Shown here: positions 19,378-29,342 of the stretch, piece by piece
Numbering within the stretch: the first letter of the stretch is position 1
Layout: each line of letters begins with the position of its first letter
Assembly (NCBI GenBank): GCA_002453275.1
Contig: DKGN01000145.1
Location: 1-41,842 of the forward strand
Source: Bacillales bacterium UBA6769
GTDB taxonomy: Bacteria; Bacillota; Bacilli; Bacillales; UBA6769
Length of the DNA stretch: 41,842 bases
Direction of reading: 5' to 3'
Translations under genes and position numbers: made by a program
Notes under the pieces: model-generated
What the model was told of the DNA's origin: nothing
The model's input: only the letters and a program-made list of their open reading frames with translations
Databases searched by the model: none

Positions 19378-20181
19378 ATGAGTACGTTAACGGAAACAAA
19401 GCCTATTAAATCTCAAAACGTTAAAGAAGAGGCAGTCATTGAGGTAAATGGACTAAATCTGTGGTACGGCGAAGTACAAGCATTGAAAAGCATCGAAATA
19501 AATATTCTTAAAAATAAAGTAACTGCGATTATTGGTCCATCAGGATGCGGAAAATCGACGTTTATTAAAACGATAAATCGGATGGTTGAATTAGTTCCGA
19601 ACGTCAAGTTGAAAGGCAATATTTTTTACAATGGAGACAATATTTTAAATCCAAAATATAGTGTCGAACAATTGCGGACAAGAGTCGGGATGGTCTTTCA
19701 AAAGCCAAATCCTTTCCCAAAATCGATTTATGAAAATGTAGCGTATGGTCCGAAAATACATGGGATTAAGAAAAAGAAACTATTAGATGAAATTGTTGAA
19801 AAAAGCTTACGAGATGCAGCGATTTGGGATGAAGTAAAAGATCGTCTTCATGAAAATGCATATGGCTTGTCAGGTGGGCAACAGCAGCGGATTTGCATTG
19901 CAAGGTGTCTTGCGATTGAACCAGACGTCATATTAATGGATGAACCGACTTCAGCATTGGATCCGATTTCGACACTTAAAGTCGAAGAGCTTGTAAAAGA
20001 ATTAAAGGAAACATATAGCATCGTCATTGTCACTCACAACATGCAACAAGCCGCTCGCATTTCCGACCAAACAGCTTTCTTTTTAAGTGGAGAATTAGTA
20101 GAAGTTGACGATACGAGCCAAGTTTTTTCAAATCCGAAAGACAAAAGAACCGAGGATTATATCACAGGCCGATTCGGCTAA
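19378..20181 (+). CDS. pstB: Phosphate ABC transporter ATPase
   Basis: [24 protein letters not shown]-terminal YITGRFG. Confidence 0.97.
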   Translation: MSTLTETKPIKSQNVKEEAVIEVNGLNLWYGEVQALKSIEINILKNKVTAIIGPSGCGKSTFIKTINRMVELVPNVKLKGNIFYNGDNILNPKYSVEQLRTRVGMVFQKPNPFPKSIYENVAYGPKIHGIKKKKLLDEIVEKSLRDAAIWDEVKDRLHENAYGLSGGQQQRICIARCLAIEPDVILMDEPTSALDPISTLKVEELVKELKETYSIVIVTHNMQQAARISDQTAFFLSGELVEVDDTSQVFSNPKDKRTEDYITGRFG

Positions 20182-20198
20182 TAAGGGGGCACACATCG

Positions 20199-20858
20199 AT
20201 GGTATTCAGGCAAGAATTTGAAGGTGAACTCAATCGATTAAAAACGTTAATCGTCGAGATGTCGATGAAAGCTGAAAAAGCACTTTTATTGTCTATGCAA
20301 GCACTAGCCGAACAAAATACAGAGTTAGCCGAAAAAGTAATGGATGAAGATACAAAAATCAATGAGCTTGATGAAAAAATTGCTGAAACGGCGATATGGC
20401 TCATTGCAAAACAGCAGCCGGTTGCTACTGACTTACGGAAGGTTATTTCAAGCATTCGTATCGCAAATGATTTGGAACGCATTGGAGACCAAGCAGTCAA
20501 CATCGCCGTCTCAACGATTAAAATTGGAGCTCATCCGTTATATAAGCCGCTTGAGGACATTCCGCGCATGTGTAATAAAGTACATCACATGCTAACTGGA
20601 AGTATCGATGCATATCAAACAGATAATACGATTCTTGCAAAAAAAGTCGCAGATGATGACAATGAAGTCGATTCGATGTATGAAGCATTAATTGAGGAGC
20701 TTTTAGCGAAAATCGCAGAGATGCCTGATTTAACAGCGCAAATTACACAGCTCGCATTTGTTTCCCGCTATCTTGAGCGAATCGCCGATCACGTGACAAA
20801 TATATCGGAACATATTTTATTTACGATTAAAGGTGAGCATGTCGATCTAAATCATTAA
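20199..20858 (+). CDS. phoU: Phosphate signalling protein PhoU
   Basis: QQPVATDLR, DLERIGD, LERIADH. Confidence 0.95.
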   Translation: MVFRQEFEGELNRLKTLIVEMSMKAEKALLLSMQALAEQNTELAEKVMDEDTKINELDEKIAETAIWLIAKQQPVATDLRKVISSIRIANDLERIGDQAVNIAVSTIKIGAHPLYKPLEDIPRMCNKVHHMLTGSIDAYQTDNTILAKKVADDDNEVDSMYEALIEELLAKIAEMPDLTAQITQLAFVSRYLERIADHVTNISEHILFTIKGEHVDLNH

Positions 20859-20867
20859 GTTCACATT

Positions 20868-20908
20868 AAAAAGCCCTTTGGATCTCCTTTCGGAGCACCA
20901 AGGGCTTC
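20868..20908. terminator. Bidirectional terminator between phoU and phoR
   Basis: AAGCCCTT...CTCC-TTTC-GGAG...AAGGGCTT hairpin. Confidence 0.75.
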
Positions 20909-20909
20909 A

Positions 20910-22682
20910 TTACGGTTGTTTTTTCGGTAATGTAACGATAAAGGTAGTACCTACGCCTTCAATACTATCAACCTTAATTTTTCCGTGATGAGACTCGACT
21001 AAGTGCTTCACAATCGCAAGCCCTAAGCCTGTGCCACCTGAATGACGCGTCCTCGCTTTATCGACACGATAAAACCGTTCAAATACGCGAGGGATTTCTT
21101 TCTCCGGAATTCCAATTCCTGTATCACTTACAATTAGCTCGATATCATGATCATGCTCAATCACTTTAACGGAAATTTTGCCATTTTTCGGTGTATACGT
21201 AATCCCATTTGAAATGAGATTCAAAATAATTTGCCGAACCCTATCCTTTTCACCTTCAATAAGCACACTTTCTTGACCAGGTAGTGAAATCGTTATAGCT
21301 TTTTTCGTCATTTCCTCCTGTAACGTTTCAACTGTATCATAAATCAAGTTCGTCACATCGATCGTTTCAATTTGCAATGGGATCTTATGCTGTTCAATTT
21401 TTGATAAATTCAAAATGTCATTTATTAACCGATGTAAACGATCGCTTTCTTCATGGATAATTTTGAGAAAAGATTGACGAAGCTCCTCATCTTCCGCTGC
21501 CCCATCTAACAATGTCTCTGAAAACCCTTTGACAGATGTAATCGGTGTTTTTAATTCATGGGACACATTGGCAACAAATTCACTGCGAACTTTTTCTAAA
21601 CGGCGAATTTCGGTTATTTCATGGAGTATAATAATTACACCTTTAAACCGATTGTTTTCACCAATAAATGGTGCAAAATGTGCGTCAAACACGCGCTCAT
21701 TTGACCTGTTAATATCGATTTCTTCATGAATATATTCAGCCGATTGGATGCAGTAACTAATTCTTTCACTTAACCCGAAATGTTCACCAATTTGTGTATG
21801 TAACTGACCAATAAGCTCCTCTTGCGATTGACCGATCAATTCTTCCATTGCTGGATTAATAAGCTGAATGATACCCGCATCATTAACAAGCATAACTCCA
21901 CTCACCATATTCGAAAGAATACTCGTGAGCTGTTGTTGATGATCCTGAATTTCTTTCATTTGCTTTTGCAAGCTTGAGGCTAACACATTAATTGCATGTG
22001 AAAGCTGACCTATTTCACCAGTCGCTTTGACCGTTACACGACTTTCATAATCTTTACTTGTTAGGCGTCGAGCGACGTCAACAACTTCTTCAATCGGACG
22101 AGTAATCCCTTTAGCAAGTCTTATGCTGACCATGCCTGATAATATAAGAGTGACTCCGATAATGATAAACAAACTGAACCAAAGCTGCTTTGTCGATTTT
22201 TCAATCATATCAAGCGCAATTGCTGTTCGAACGATCCCGATTCGCTCATTGCCCTTGTACAGCGGAACTGTCACATACATCATTTTAAAATCAAGCGTCT
22301 CACTAAAGCGAATCGATTCTCCCTGTTGTATTCCGTCCTGAAGAATACCCTTTACTTCCGGTCGATTTAGATGATTGTCCATCTGACGAGGATCATCCTC
22401 TGAATCAGCTAACACCGTTCCATTTTCAGAGATAATCGTAAATCGTGGTTGGATTGGGTGAGCGAAATGACTAATCTTTTCCTGTAAGACTGGTGGATCG
22501 TTGTAAAGCTCAGTGATATCAATCGCTTTCATCATTAACTGGGCATTTTCTAACAGCTGCTCTCTTGTCATATCAATGTATGTATCTTTCATAAGATTGA
22601 CAAGAAAGAAGCCAATTGCGATTAAGACGCCTAATAATAACAAAAAAAAGGTTAATGAAATCCGGAGCCAAAGCTTTTTCAT
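20910..22682 (-). CDS. phoR: PhoR-type sensor histidine kinase (2 TM, HAMP, PAS, HisKA, HATPase)
   Basis: MDNHLNRPEV, FVANVSHELKTP, ERFYRVDKAR, GGTGLGL; adjacent to pst operon. Confidence 0.88.
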   Translation of the reverse strand: MKKLWLRISLTFFLLLLGVLIAIGFFLVNLMKDTYIDMTREQLLENAQLMMKAIDITELYNDPPVLQEKISHFAHPIQPRFTIISENGTVLADSEDDPRQMDNHLNRPEVKGILQDGIQQGESIRFSETLDFKMMYVTVPLYKGNERIGIVRTAIALDMIEKSTKQLWFSLFIIIGVTLILSGMVSIRLAKGITRPIEEVVDVARRLTSKDYESRVTVKATGEIGQLSHAINVLASSLQKQMKEIQDHQQQLTSILSNMVSGVMLVNDAGIIQLINPAMEELIGQSQEELIGQLHTQIGEHFGLSERISYCIQSAEYIHEEIDINRSNERVFDAHFAPFIGENNRFKGVIIILHEITEIRRLEKVRSEFVANVSHELKTPITSVKGFSETLLDGAAEDEELRQSFLKIIHEESDRLHRLINDILNLSKIEQHKIPLQIETIDVTNLIYDTVETLQEEMTKKAITISLPGQESVLIEGEKDRVRQIILNLISNGITYTPKNGKISVKVIEHDHDIELIVSDTGIGIPEKEIPRVFERFYRVDKARTRHSGGTGLGLAIVKHLVESHHGKIKVDSIEGVGTTFIVTLPKKQP

Positions 22683-22684
22683 CG

Positions 22685-23374
22685 TTACGGTCCTTCCATT
22701 TTATAGCCAAAGCCTCGAATGGTTCTTATATATTGGGGTTGTTTCGCATCATCTTCAATTTTTTCACGTAAATGACTAACATGAACATCGACAATTCGTG
22801 TATCACCGTCATATTCAAAGTCCCAAACGCCATTTAACAATTGATCTCTGCTTAATACTTTCCCGTGATGATTTGCTAAAAACGACAACAACTCAAATTC
22901 TTTCGGTGTTAATTCTATTGTTTTTCCTTTTAATTCAACTTCAAATTTTTCAACGTAAATTGTTAAGTCACCAATTGTAATGACACTTTCCTCTGCTACC
23001 TCTTTCTCCTGTCTTGTCCGACGAAGAATGGCCTTTATTCTTGCAACAAGTTCACGTGGGCTGAACGGCTTCGTTAAATAATCATCAGCCCCTAACTCCA
23101 AGCCTAAAACTTTATCAAGCTCTTCATCTCGAGCCGTTAACATTAAGATCGGGATATTTATCTTTTCTAGCCGTAACGCTTTGCAAATTTCAATCCCGTC
23201 CATGCCAGGCAACATAATATCAAGAACGATTAAGTCAGGCTTCTCTTCTACAGCAAGCCGCAATCCCGTGTTACCGTCCTCTGCTGTCAAAACTGAAAAG
23301 TCCGCTTGTTCAAGATTAAATTTTATTAATGTAACGATTGAAGGTTCATCTTCAACGACTAAAATCCGCTTCAC
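22685..23374 (-). CDS. phoP: PhoP-type OmpR-family response regulator
   Basis: VLDIMLPGMDG, GADDYLTKPFSPREL, DTRIVDVHVSHLREK; GTG 23374 has better RBS spacing than 23380. Confidence 0.88.
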   Translation of the reverse strand: MKRILVVEDEPSIVTLIKFNLEQADFSVLTAEDGNTGLRLAVEEKPDLIVLDIMLPGMDGIEICKALRLEKINIPILMLTARDEELDKVLGLELGADDYLTKPFSPRELVARIKAILRRTRQEKEVAEESVITIGDLTIYVEKFEVELKGKTIELTPKEFELLSFLANHHGKVLSRDQLLNGVWDFEYDGDTRIVDVHVSHLREKIEDDAKQPQYIRTIRGFGYKMEGP

Positions 23375-23398
23375 GCGCACTATCCCCTTTCACGTTAC

Positions 23399-23427
23399 AT
23401 TTTAGCATAAGGGCTCGATAGCTTGAA
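23399..23427 (-). promoter_or_regulatory. Putative SigA promoter of phoPR
   Basis: TTCAAG-N17-TAAAAT with extended TG. Confidence 0.5.
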
Positions 23428-23440
23428 AAATAGAGTACTT

Positions 23441-24022
23441 TTAAATTTGGTCTTCCTCCAAGTACGTTTTCACTTCTGGTGCTTCGTAAGTAGAGAACTG
23501 CTCTAGTAACCTCGCTGGGTCCGATTCAACTAACACCATTTGTCGATGCTTTTCCTTTAAAAATTGCTCCGTTGTCATATGATCAAAAAATTGAATGAGC
23601 GGGTCGTAAAAATCATGAATGTTTAATAAGCCTAATGGCTTTTCATGCAGCCCGAGCTGACCCCATGTGAAAATCTCAACTAGCTCTTCTAACGTCCCAG
23701 GTCCACCAGGCATAGCAATAAATCCATCTGCTAAATCTGCCATTTTTGCTTTCCTTTCATGCATCGATTCAACGATGTGGAGCTCAGTCAAACTAATATG
23801 TGAGATTTCCCGTTCTTCAAGAAATCTCGGAATAATCCCGATAACCTCCCCACCTTCTTTTAGAACCGTGTTCGCGATAACCCCCATTAAGCCGACACTT
23901 CCACCACCGTAGACAAGTGTAATTCCTCTCTTCACAAGCTCTCTCCCTAACGCAATCGCACCTTCTTTATACTCCTCAGCTGTCCCAACACGTGACCCAC
24001 AAAATACCGTTACTCGTTTCAT
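23441..24022 (-). CDS. LOG family nucleotide phosphoribohydrolase (YvdD-like)
   Basis: VFCGS, VYGGG..GLMG, MHERK, PGGPGTLEE; start moved to ATG 24022. Confidence 0.92.
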   Translation of the reverse strand: MKRVTVFCGSRVGTAEEYKEGAIALGRELVKRGITLVYGGGSVGLMGVIANTVLKEGGEVIGIIPRFLEEREISHISLTELHIVESMHERKAKMADLADGFIAMPGGPGTLEELVEIFTWGQLGLHEKPLGLLNIHDFYDPLIQFFDHMTTEQFLKEKHRQMVLVESDPARLLEQFSTYEAPEVKTYLEEDQI

Positions 24023-24152
24023 GAAATCCCTCCAGTATGTCACCATCAATCTAGTGATGTTATCTCTATTCTCTTCCTTCTGAGCCTTTCTATTACTCAC
24101 AACTTTATCATTTGGCAAATTTCTTAATGAACATAAAGATTTGAGCTTTAAG

Positions 24153-24680
24153 TCACATTTTTTTCACAACATACGTCTTCACTATTACATCATACAACGC
24201 TTGTTTCTTTTTTGAAAAAATGGCAGTAACAAAATAAGCAATGACTAACCCATAGACAATAGCCGTTAAAGCAACTAATGAATAAGGCAAGCGGTCATCG
24301 CTAGAAGCAACGAACTGATAAACTAGAAAATGAGAAAGCTCCCACGGGAGAAATTTTAAGCTTATACGCAACAGGGAGTGTAGAAATGAAGGAACTTGAC
24401 CGTCCTTGGTAACAACTCGTAATTGAAGGATTTTTTTGCCGAAAGTTTGCTTTCCAATATTCGAGTCGAACACGGCGAAATAAAGGGAAATAGGTAACGT
24501 CACTAAGACAAAGCCAAAAAATTGCGCTTTCATGACAGACTGAATGAAGAGCACTTGTATAGAAGGGAATAAAAATAGAGCAACAACAACGAGTGACCCT
24601 ACATACAACAAAATGAAAACATAATCGAGCAAAAATGCTTTTAATCTTTGCAAAACATTGGCGTATTCCACAAAGTTCAC
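24153..24680 (-). CDS. RDD family membrane protein
   Basis: RLKAFLLD, QTFGKKILQLRV, QALYDVIVKTYVV. Confidence 0.85.
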   Translation of the reverse strand: MNFVEYANVLQRLKAFLLDYVFILLYVGSLVVVALFLFPSIQVLFIQSVMKAQFFGFVLVTLPISLYFAVFDSNIGKQTFGKKILQLRVVTKDGQVPSFLHSLLRISLKFLPWELSHFLVYQFVASSDDRLPYSLVALTAIVYGLVIAYFVTAIFSKKKQALYDVIVKTYVVKKM

Positions 24681-24722
24681 GCCTTCCTGTTCATCATTGC
24701 ATTCAGTATACCCTATGAATGA

Positions 24723-25760
24723 TTATGTTTTAATAGGAATTGAAAACCAAAAAGTATGCAATTTGTCCTTCATCTCGTACCCAATCTCCCCTTCAATTTT
24801 TGAAACAATCTCCTGTGCAATTGCTAAGCCTAAGCCTGCTCCACCAGTATGACGGCTTCGTGAGGAGTCAACACGATAGAAACGTTCAAATAATCGCTCT
24901 CGATCTTGCTTTGAAAAAGTGTCTCCTCGATTCGAAATGAAAACGATATACCGTTCATCATACATATTACCTTCGATTGTAATGTCTTGTTCCTTATCAT
25001 AATGGACTGCGTTGGCCAGTAATTCCTGCATTATTGTTCGAATGGCCGAAGCGTCACATGTGATCCTTTCGGCTTGGACGTTCACTTGAATACGTAGACC
25101 CTCTTCCGAAAAGTCGTTGACAACGGACTGTACCAAGCTTTCAATCTGATGAGCTCCATAGCTTAATTCCTTTTGTTCCCATTCATGTAACGTATGAATA
25201 CGCTCAATGAAAGTAATTAACCGTTCACACTCTCGTTTCAAAATCGCTGTCGTATTTTCATCTTGAGAAAACATCCCGTCTTCCAAGCCTTCGATATAAC
25301 CATGTAACGTCGTTAGTGGGGTTCGCAATTCATGAGCAATGTCTGCCATCATTTGATCATTTTGCTCTTGTAGCCCGTGTACTTGTTTTGATATCTGGAT
25401 TAAATCATTTGCAATTTGCCCAACTTCATCCTTTGATTTCATTTTGAGCGACCGTAGCTCTGGCATTCGGTTTGAAAAGTAAGTAAGCTTGCCTAGCGGT
25501 TGTAAAATTCTTCTCGCAAAAAAGAGGTGAATGATGATCGCTAAAGAAAAAGCAATGATACTAGCATATAGAAGATACGTCTCAATCACAGCTCTAAACT
25601 GTTCAGATTGACTTGATGAGTTAGAATACACGTTAAATTGATAGCATGCAAACTCTTTAATCGAGAAGCCGACAATAAAAATGATAATAAATGTAATTAA
25701 AAGATTTAAGACAACCCATTTATGAATCATCTTACCTTTAATAGATTTAATAAGCCGCAA
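24723..25760 (-). CDS. Sensor histidine kinase (2 TM, HAMP, HisKA, HATPase)
   Basis: DIAHELRTP, FERFYRVD, GGAGLGL; start uncertain (TTG 25760 or ATG 25730). Confidence 0.88.
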   Translation of the reverse strand: MRLIKSIKGKMIHKWVVLNLLITFIIIFIVGFSIKEFACYQFNVYSNSSSQSEQFRAVIETYLLYASIIAFSLAIIIHLFFARRILQPLGKLTYFSNRMPELRSLKMKSKDEVGQIANDLIQISKQVHGLQEQNDQMMADIAHELRTPLTTLHGYIEGLEDGMFSQDENTTAILKRECERLITFIERIHTLHEWEQKELSYGAHQIESLVQSVVNDFSEEGLRIQVNVQAERITCDASAIRTIMQELLANAVHYDKEQDITIEGNMYDERYIVFISNRGDTFSKQDRERLFERFYRVDSSRSRHTGGAGLGLAIAQEIVSKIEGEIGYEMKDKLHTFWFSIPIKT

Positions 25761-26433
25761 ATTTATACCCCACCCCCCTAACCGTCTGAATGGCATGTTC
25801 CTTGTTCTTGCCAAGCTTTTCCCGAAGCTTCCCAATATGAACGTCAACCGTCCGATCGATAACGATTTTCTCTTGATTCGGGTATAACTCATCAAGAATT
25901 TGCTCACGTGACAAAATTTGATTCGGATGTTTTATCAAATAATAAAGCAATTGAAATTCATGATTCGTTACATCAATCGTTTGACCATCCACTCTCACTT
26001 CATGCTTCAACGGCTTCACTGTAATGCCATGGTAGCTAAGTTTGCTACAACGATTTGCTGTCCTGCGCAAAACCGTCGCGACACGAGCGACTAACTCCTT
26101 CGGGCTAAATGGTTTTGTTATGTAATCATCCGCTCCAATTTCAAGCCCGTAGATTCTATCCTTTTCACTCACTTTTGCCGTAACCATAATGAGTGGCACA
26201 TCACTTTTCATCTCTGTCCGAATCCAATGGCAAATCGACTCACCGCTATCTCCTGGTAGCATCAGATCTAATATGACAAAGCACGGATCTTTTTCTTCAA
26301 AAGCACGCCGTGCCTCCTCACCATCAGTCACTCCCCAAACTTCATAGCCAGCAGAAGATAAATAGCGCGTCATAATCTCCAAAATAGGTGGCTCATCTTC
26401 AACTATTAAAATTGTTTTCCCCGTCGTATTCAT
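25747..26433 (-). CDS. OmpR-family response regulator
   Basis: VEDE, ILDLMLPG, GADDYITKPFSPKEL, TVRGVGY. Confidence 0.93.
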   Translation of the reverse strand: MNTTGKTILIVEDEPPILEIMTRYLSSAGYEVWGVTDGEEARRAFEEKDPCFVILDLMLPGDSGESICHWIRTEMKSDVPLIMVTAKVSEKDRIYGLEIGADDYITKPFSPKELVARVATVLRRTANRCSKLSYHGITVKPLKHEVRVDGQTIDVTNHEFQLLYYLIKHPNQILSREQILDELYPNQEKIVIDRTVDVHIGKLREKLGKNKEHAIQTVRGVGYKFAAY

Positions 26434-26451
26434 CGTTTTTCACCAACATTA

Positions 26452-27003
26452 TTATTTATTCATCGCCTTCACTTGCTTTTGCATAAATTCACGATTCATT
26501 GGTCCGACAACCTTATAACGTATCGTTCCAGCTTTGTCGATAAAGTAACTCGTCGGATATCCAACGACTTTATACTCTTCGGCAACTTCGTTTTCTTCAT
26601 CAAGCAAAACTGGAAACGTAACCCCCAATTCTTCCAAAAAAGGCTGAATGTTGCTTCGATTGCTTTCAGTTGATGTGAGATTAACCGCTAAAATAACAAA
26701 GTCTTCATCATGATGCTTGTCATAAAACGATTGCATATCAGGCATTTCCGCACGACACGGTGGACACCACGTTGCCCAAAAATTAACGATTATATTCTTT
26801 CCCCGATAATCAGTAAGCTTCGTCTTCCCACCTTCCAACGTCTCAAGTGTAAAGTTTGGAGCAATATTTCCTTGGTTAATACCAACCTCTTCTTGTTGTT
26901 CTGTCTGCTCTTTCATACCTTCATCACTAGAGCGAACGTAATCATAGATGCCCCAGGATACAAGTCCGATAAGTAGCACAAAAGGCAAGATTTTTTTAAT
27001 CAT
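26452..27003 (-). CDS. Membrane-anchored TlpA/ResA-like thiol-disulfide oxidoreductase
   Basis: N-terminal TM; APNFTL, NFWATWCPPCRAEMP. Confidence 0.92.
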   Translation of the reverse strand: MIKKILPFVLLIGLVSWGIYDYVRSSDEGMKEQTEQQEEVGINQGNIAPNFTLETLEGGKTKLTDYRGKNIIVNFWATWCPPCRAEMPDMQSFYDKHHDEDFVILAVNLTSTESNRSNIQPFLEELGVTFPVLLDEENEVAEEYKVVGYPTSYFIDKAGTIRYKVVGPMNREFMQKQVKAMNK

Positions 27004-27656
27004 GCTGAACCGACCCTTCTCTTTTGTAGCACAAGACTAAAACAAAGTAGCGCAACAGTAATATAAATTAACTGCTGAAGTGAAAAGCCAAGCAAGATAG
27101 CGACATCAGGCTTAAAATAAGAAAGAAACAACGCCCCAAGCGAAAACCATGCTAATACAATCGCCCAATGTTCCCTCCCGAGTCTAAATAAAAGAATAAC
27201 GATAGCGAGCGGAAACAGTGCATCCACTAAGAGAATGAGTTGGCTTGGGAGATAGAATGCCCAGACAAGCCCACGATAGACACCAAGACCAGTCAATATA
27301 GCGATCATTCCAAGCTCCATATAATGATGGAAAGAAAACGAACTTCGTTTGCCCTTCCAATAAAAATAAAAAACGACAGCGATCAGACCAAGGACTAACC
27401 CTTTATCGCCTCCCGTAAAATATAGCTGCGAAATTGGATTTTCGATTACGTCCTTCGGGTAAAACAACGCATAACTAAATTTCCAAACGATAAAAAAATA
27501 AAATAAACTATTCCAAAGAGGATCGATAATCGCTACATCGATTCCTTTTCTCTTTATAACAAAGCGCAACACGAGATAGCTTATGATAAAAGCAAGAGCA
27601 TACAAGCCCCATTTTTCTTGGATTAAAAAAGGTCCAATAAACCATGCATCACCCAC
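27000..27656 (-). CDS. Multi-TM membrane protein, distantly Lgt-like
   Basis: ~7 TM; WKFSYALFYP..ENPISQLYFTGG resembles the N-terminal half of Lgt, without recognisable catalytic signature motifs. Confidence 0.55.
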   Translation of the reverse strand: MGDAWFIGPFLIQEKWGLYALAFIISYLVLRFVIKRKGIDVAIIDPLWNSLFYFFIVWKFSYALFYPKDVIENPISQLYFTGGDKGLVLGLIAVVFYFYWKGKRSSFSFHHYMELGMIAILTGLGVYRGLVWAFYLPSQLILLVDALFPLAIVILLFRLGREHWAIVLAWFSLGALFLSYFKPDVAILLGFSLQQLIYITVALLCFSLVLQKRRVGSA

Positions 27657-27676
27657 TCGATTTCCCTCCTCACTCT

Positions 27677-27709
27677 AGGATAACCCGGAATTGTAAAGAA
27701 ACGTTAAAG
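27677..27709 (-). promoter_or_regulatory. OmpR-type box plus -10 for the leftward operon
   Basis: Minus strand TTTAAC-N5-TTTACA-N9-TATCCT. Confidence 0.5.
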
Positions 27710-27723
27710 TTCTGCACGACAAA

Positions 27724-27903
27724 TCTTCTTTATCTCAGCGGCTTTACTAAGATTCTCGCAGAAATAAGCGAGAATCAAGTGACGCCAAGCTTCGAACGCA
27801 GATGAAAGCGCAACGTCCATGTTGCATCATCTGCACTTACGCATCCTGCGTTTCGTTCGCGGCTAAGGTTCAGTTAATGGTTACAAACGAAGTCTTCTTT
27901 ATC
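27724..27903. mobile_element. Structured non-autonomous repeat (MITE-like) or structured ncRNA flanked by 11-bp direct repeats
   Basis: TCTTCTTTATC at 27724 and 27893; internal stems GATTCTCGC/GCGAGAATC, CGAACG/CGTTCG, GCAGATGA/TCATCTGC, ACGCA/TGCGT. Confidence 0.55.
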
Positions 27904-27929
27904 AAATCTTAACAAACTAAGAACATACT
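27898..27929 (+). promoter_or_regulatory. OmpR-type box plus -10 for the rightward operon
   Basis: TTTATC-N5-TTAACA-N9-CATACT. Confidence 0.45.
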
Positions 27930-27965
27930 CATACGTAATCACTAAAAAAGGGAGTGAAAGAAGAC

Positions 27966-28559
27966 GTGGGGAAACATATTCTTATCGGCGTGCTCGTTGC
28001 CTTACTTCTTGCTGGTGCCTTCTACATGAACGCTGATAAAAAGGAAGAAGAAACCGTTCCTATACAACAAGAGACTAAACAAACGAATGAAGATGCGGAA
28101 CCAGTTCAGACACAAGAAGACAGGCCACAAATACAAGAAAAGGGCTCAGTCGCTAAAGACTTTGAACTAAAAACGCTGTCAGGTGACAAACTTCAACTAC
28201 ATACTGATGATGGTAAGCCAACCTTAGTTAATTTCTGGGCTTCGTGGTGCCCTCCTTGCAAAAAAGAAATGCCTGACATCCAAAAAGCATATGAAAAATA
28301 CGGGAAAGAGGTCAATTTTTTCATGGTTGATTTAACGTTTAATGACAGTCTTGACAAGATGACAGAATACATTGAGGAAAATAATTTTACCTTTCCTGTT
28401 TTATTAGACGAGACAGGGGATGTCACGATGGATTATCAAGTTGCCGTCGTTCCAACCACTTTCATTGTCGATGAAAATCATGTCATTACACATAAAATAA
28501 TGGGGCCGATGACAATGCAACAAATTGAAACGATCATGAATGAAATAACAAGTAGTTGA
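27966..28559 (+). CDS. Membrane-anchored TlpA/ResA-like thiol-disulfide oxidoreductase
   Basis: N-terminal TM; NFWASWCPPCKKEMP; GTG 27966 preferred by RBS spacing. Confidence 0.92.
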   Translation: MGKHILIGVLVALLLAGAFYMNADKKEEETVPIQQETKQTNEDAEPVQTQEDRPQIQEKGSVAKDFELKTLSGDKLQLHTDDGKPTLVNFWASWCPPCKKEMPDIQKAYEKYGKEVNFFMVDLTFNDSLDKMTEYIEENNFTFPVLLDETGDVTMDYQVAVVPTTFIVDENHVITHKIMGPMTMQQIETIMNEITSS

Positions 28560-28572
28560 ATGGGGTGAAACA

Positions 28573-29283
28573 ATGGAAAGTCTTACAATCTGGTTAGCAT
28601 TCGGTGCAGGGTTTTTATCATTCGTATCGCCGTGTGTTCTGCCTTTATATCCATCGTATATTTCTTACATTACAGGTGTATCTGTTAATCAGCTACAAGG
28701 CGAACAAACAGGTGAAATGAAAAGGCTCACGTTATTCCACACAATGTTTTTTATTCTTGGTTTCTCCATTATTTTTTTCGCGCTCGGGTTATCCGCTTCT
28801 TGGCTTGGGCAATTTTTCATCGGTAATCAAAAGTTAATCAGCATGCTTGGAGGCGTCCTCGTTATCGTATTGGGATTATTCGTCATGGGGATCATTAACC
28901 CGACGTGGTTAATGCGAGAAAAAAAGCTGTCTGTTAAGCGCAAGAGTACAGGGTACTTAGGATCAACTCTAGTCGGCATCGGCTTCGCCGCTGGGTGGAC
29001 ACCATGTGTTGGGCCAATTCTCGCGTCTGTACTCGTGCTATCGGCTGCGAATCCATCGCAAGGAATTCTCTACATTTTGGCCTATACACTCGGATTTGCG
29101 ATTCCCTTTTTTATCATGGCTTTTTTCATCGGGCGTACAAAATGGATCTTAAAGTATTCAACCAAACTCATGAAAACTGGTGGTGCCATCATGGTGCTAT
29201 CCGGAATCTTGCTTTACACAGGGCAAATGACGAAAATTACTACTTATTTAATTGATATCTTTGGTGGCTTTACAGGGTTTTAA
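28573..29283 (+). CDS. ccdA: Cytochrome c biogenesis / transmembrane electron transporter CcdA
   Basis: SFVSPCVLPLYP and GWTPCVGPIL redox Cys motifs. Confidence 0.93.
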   Translation: MESLTIWLAFGAGFLSFVSPCVLPLYPSYISYITGVSVNQLQGEQTGEMKRLTLFHTMFFILGFSIIFFALGLSASWLGQFFIGNQKLISMLGGVLVIVLGLFVMGIINPTWLMREKKLSVKRKSTGYLGSTLVGIGFAAGWTPCVGPILASVLVLSAANPSQGILYILAYTLGFAIPFFIMAFFIGRTKWILKYSTKLMKTGGAIMVLSGILLYTGQMTKITTYLIDIFGGFTGF

Positions 29284-29342
29284 AACTAACTCTCACAACA
29301 GTCAAAAATCTACGAAAAATTAATGAGACGGGGTGACTAGTC

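Noticed and set aside
25900..25915. parS-like TCACGTGA cores (also near 20789)
   Set aside because: Flanks do not match TGTTNCACGTGAAACA
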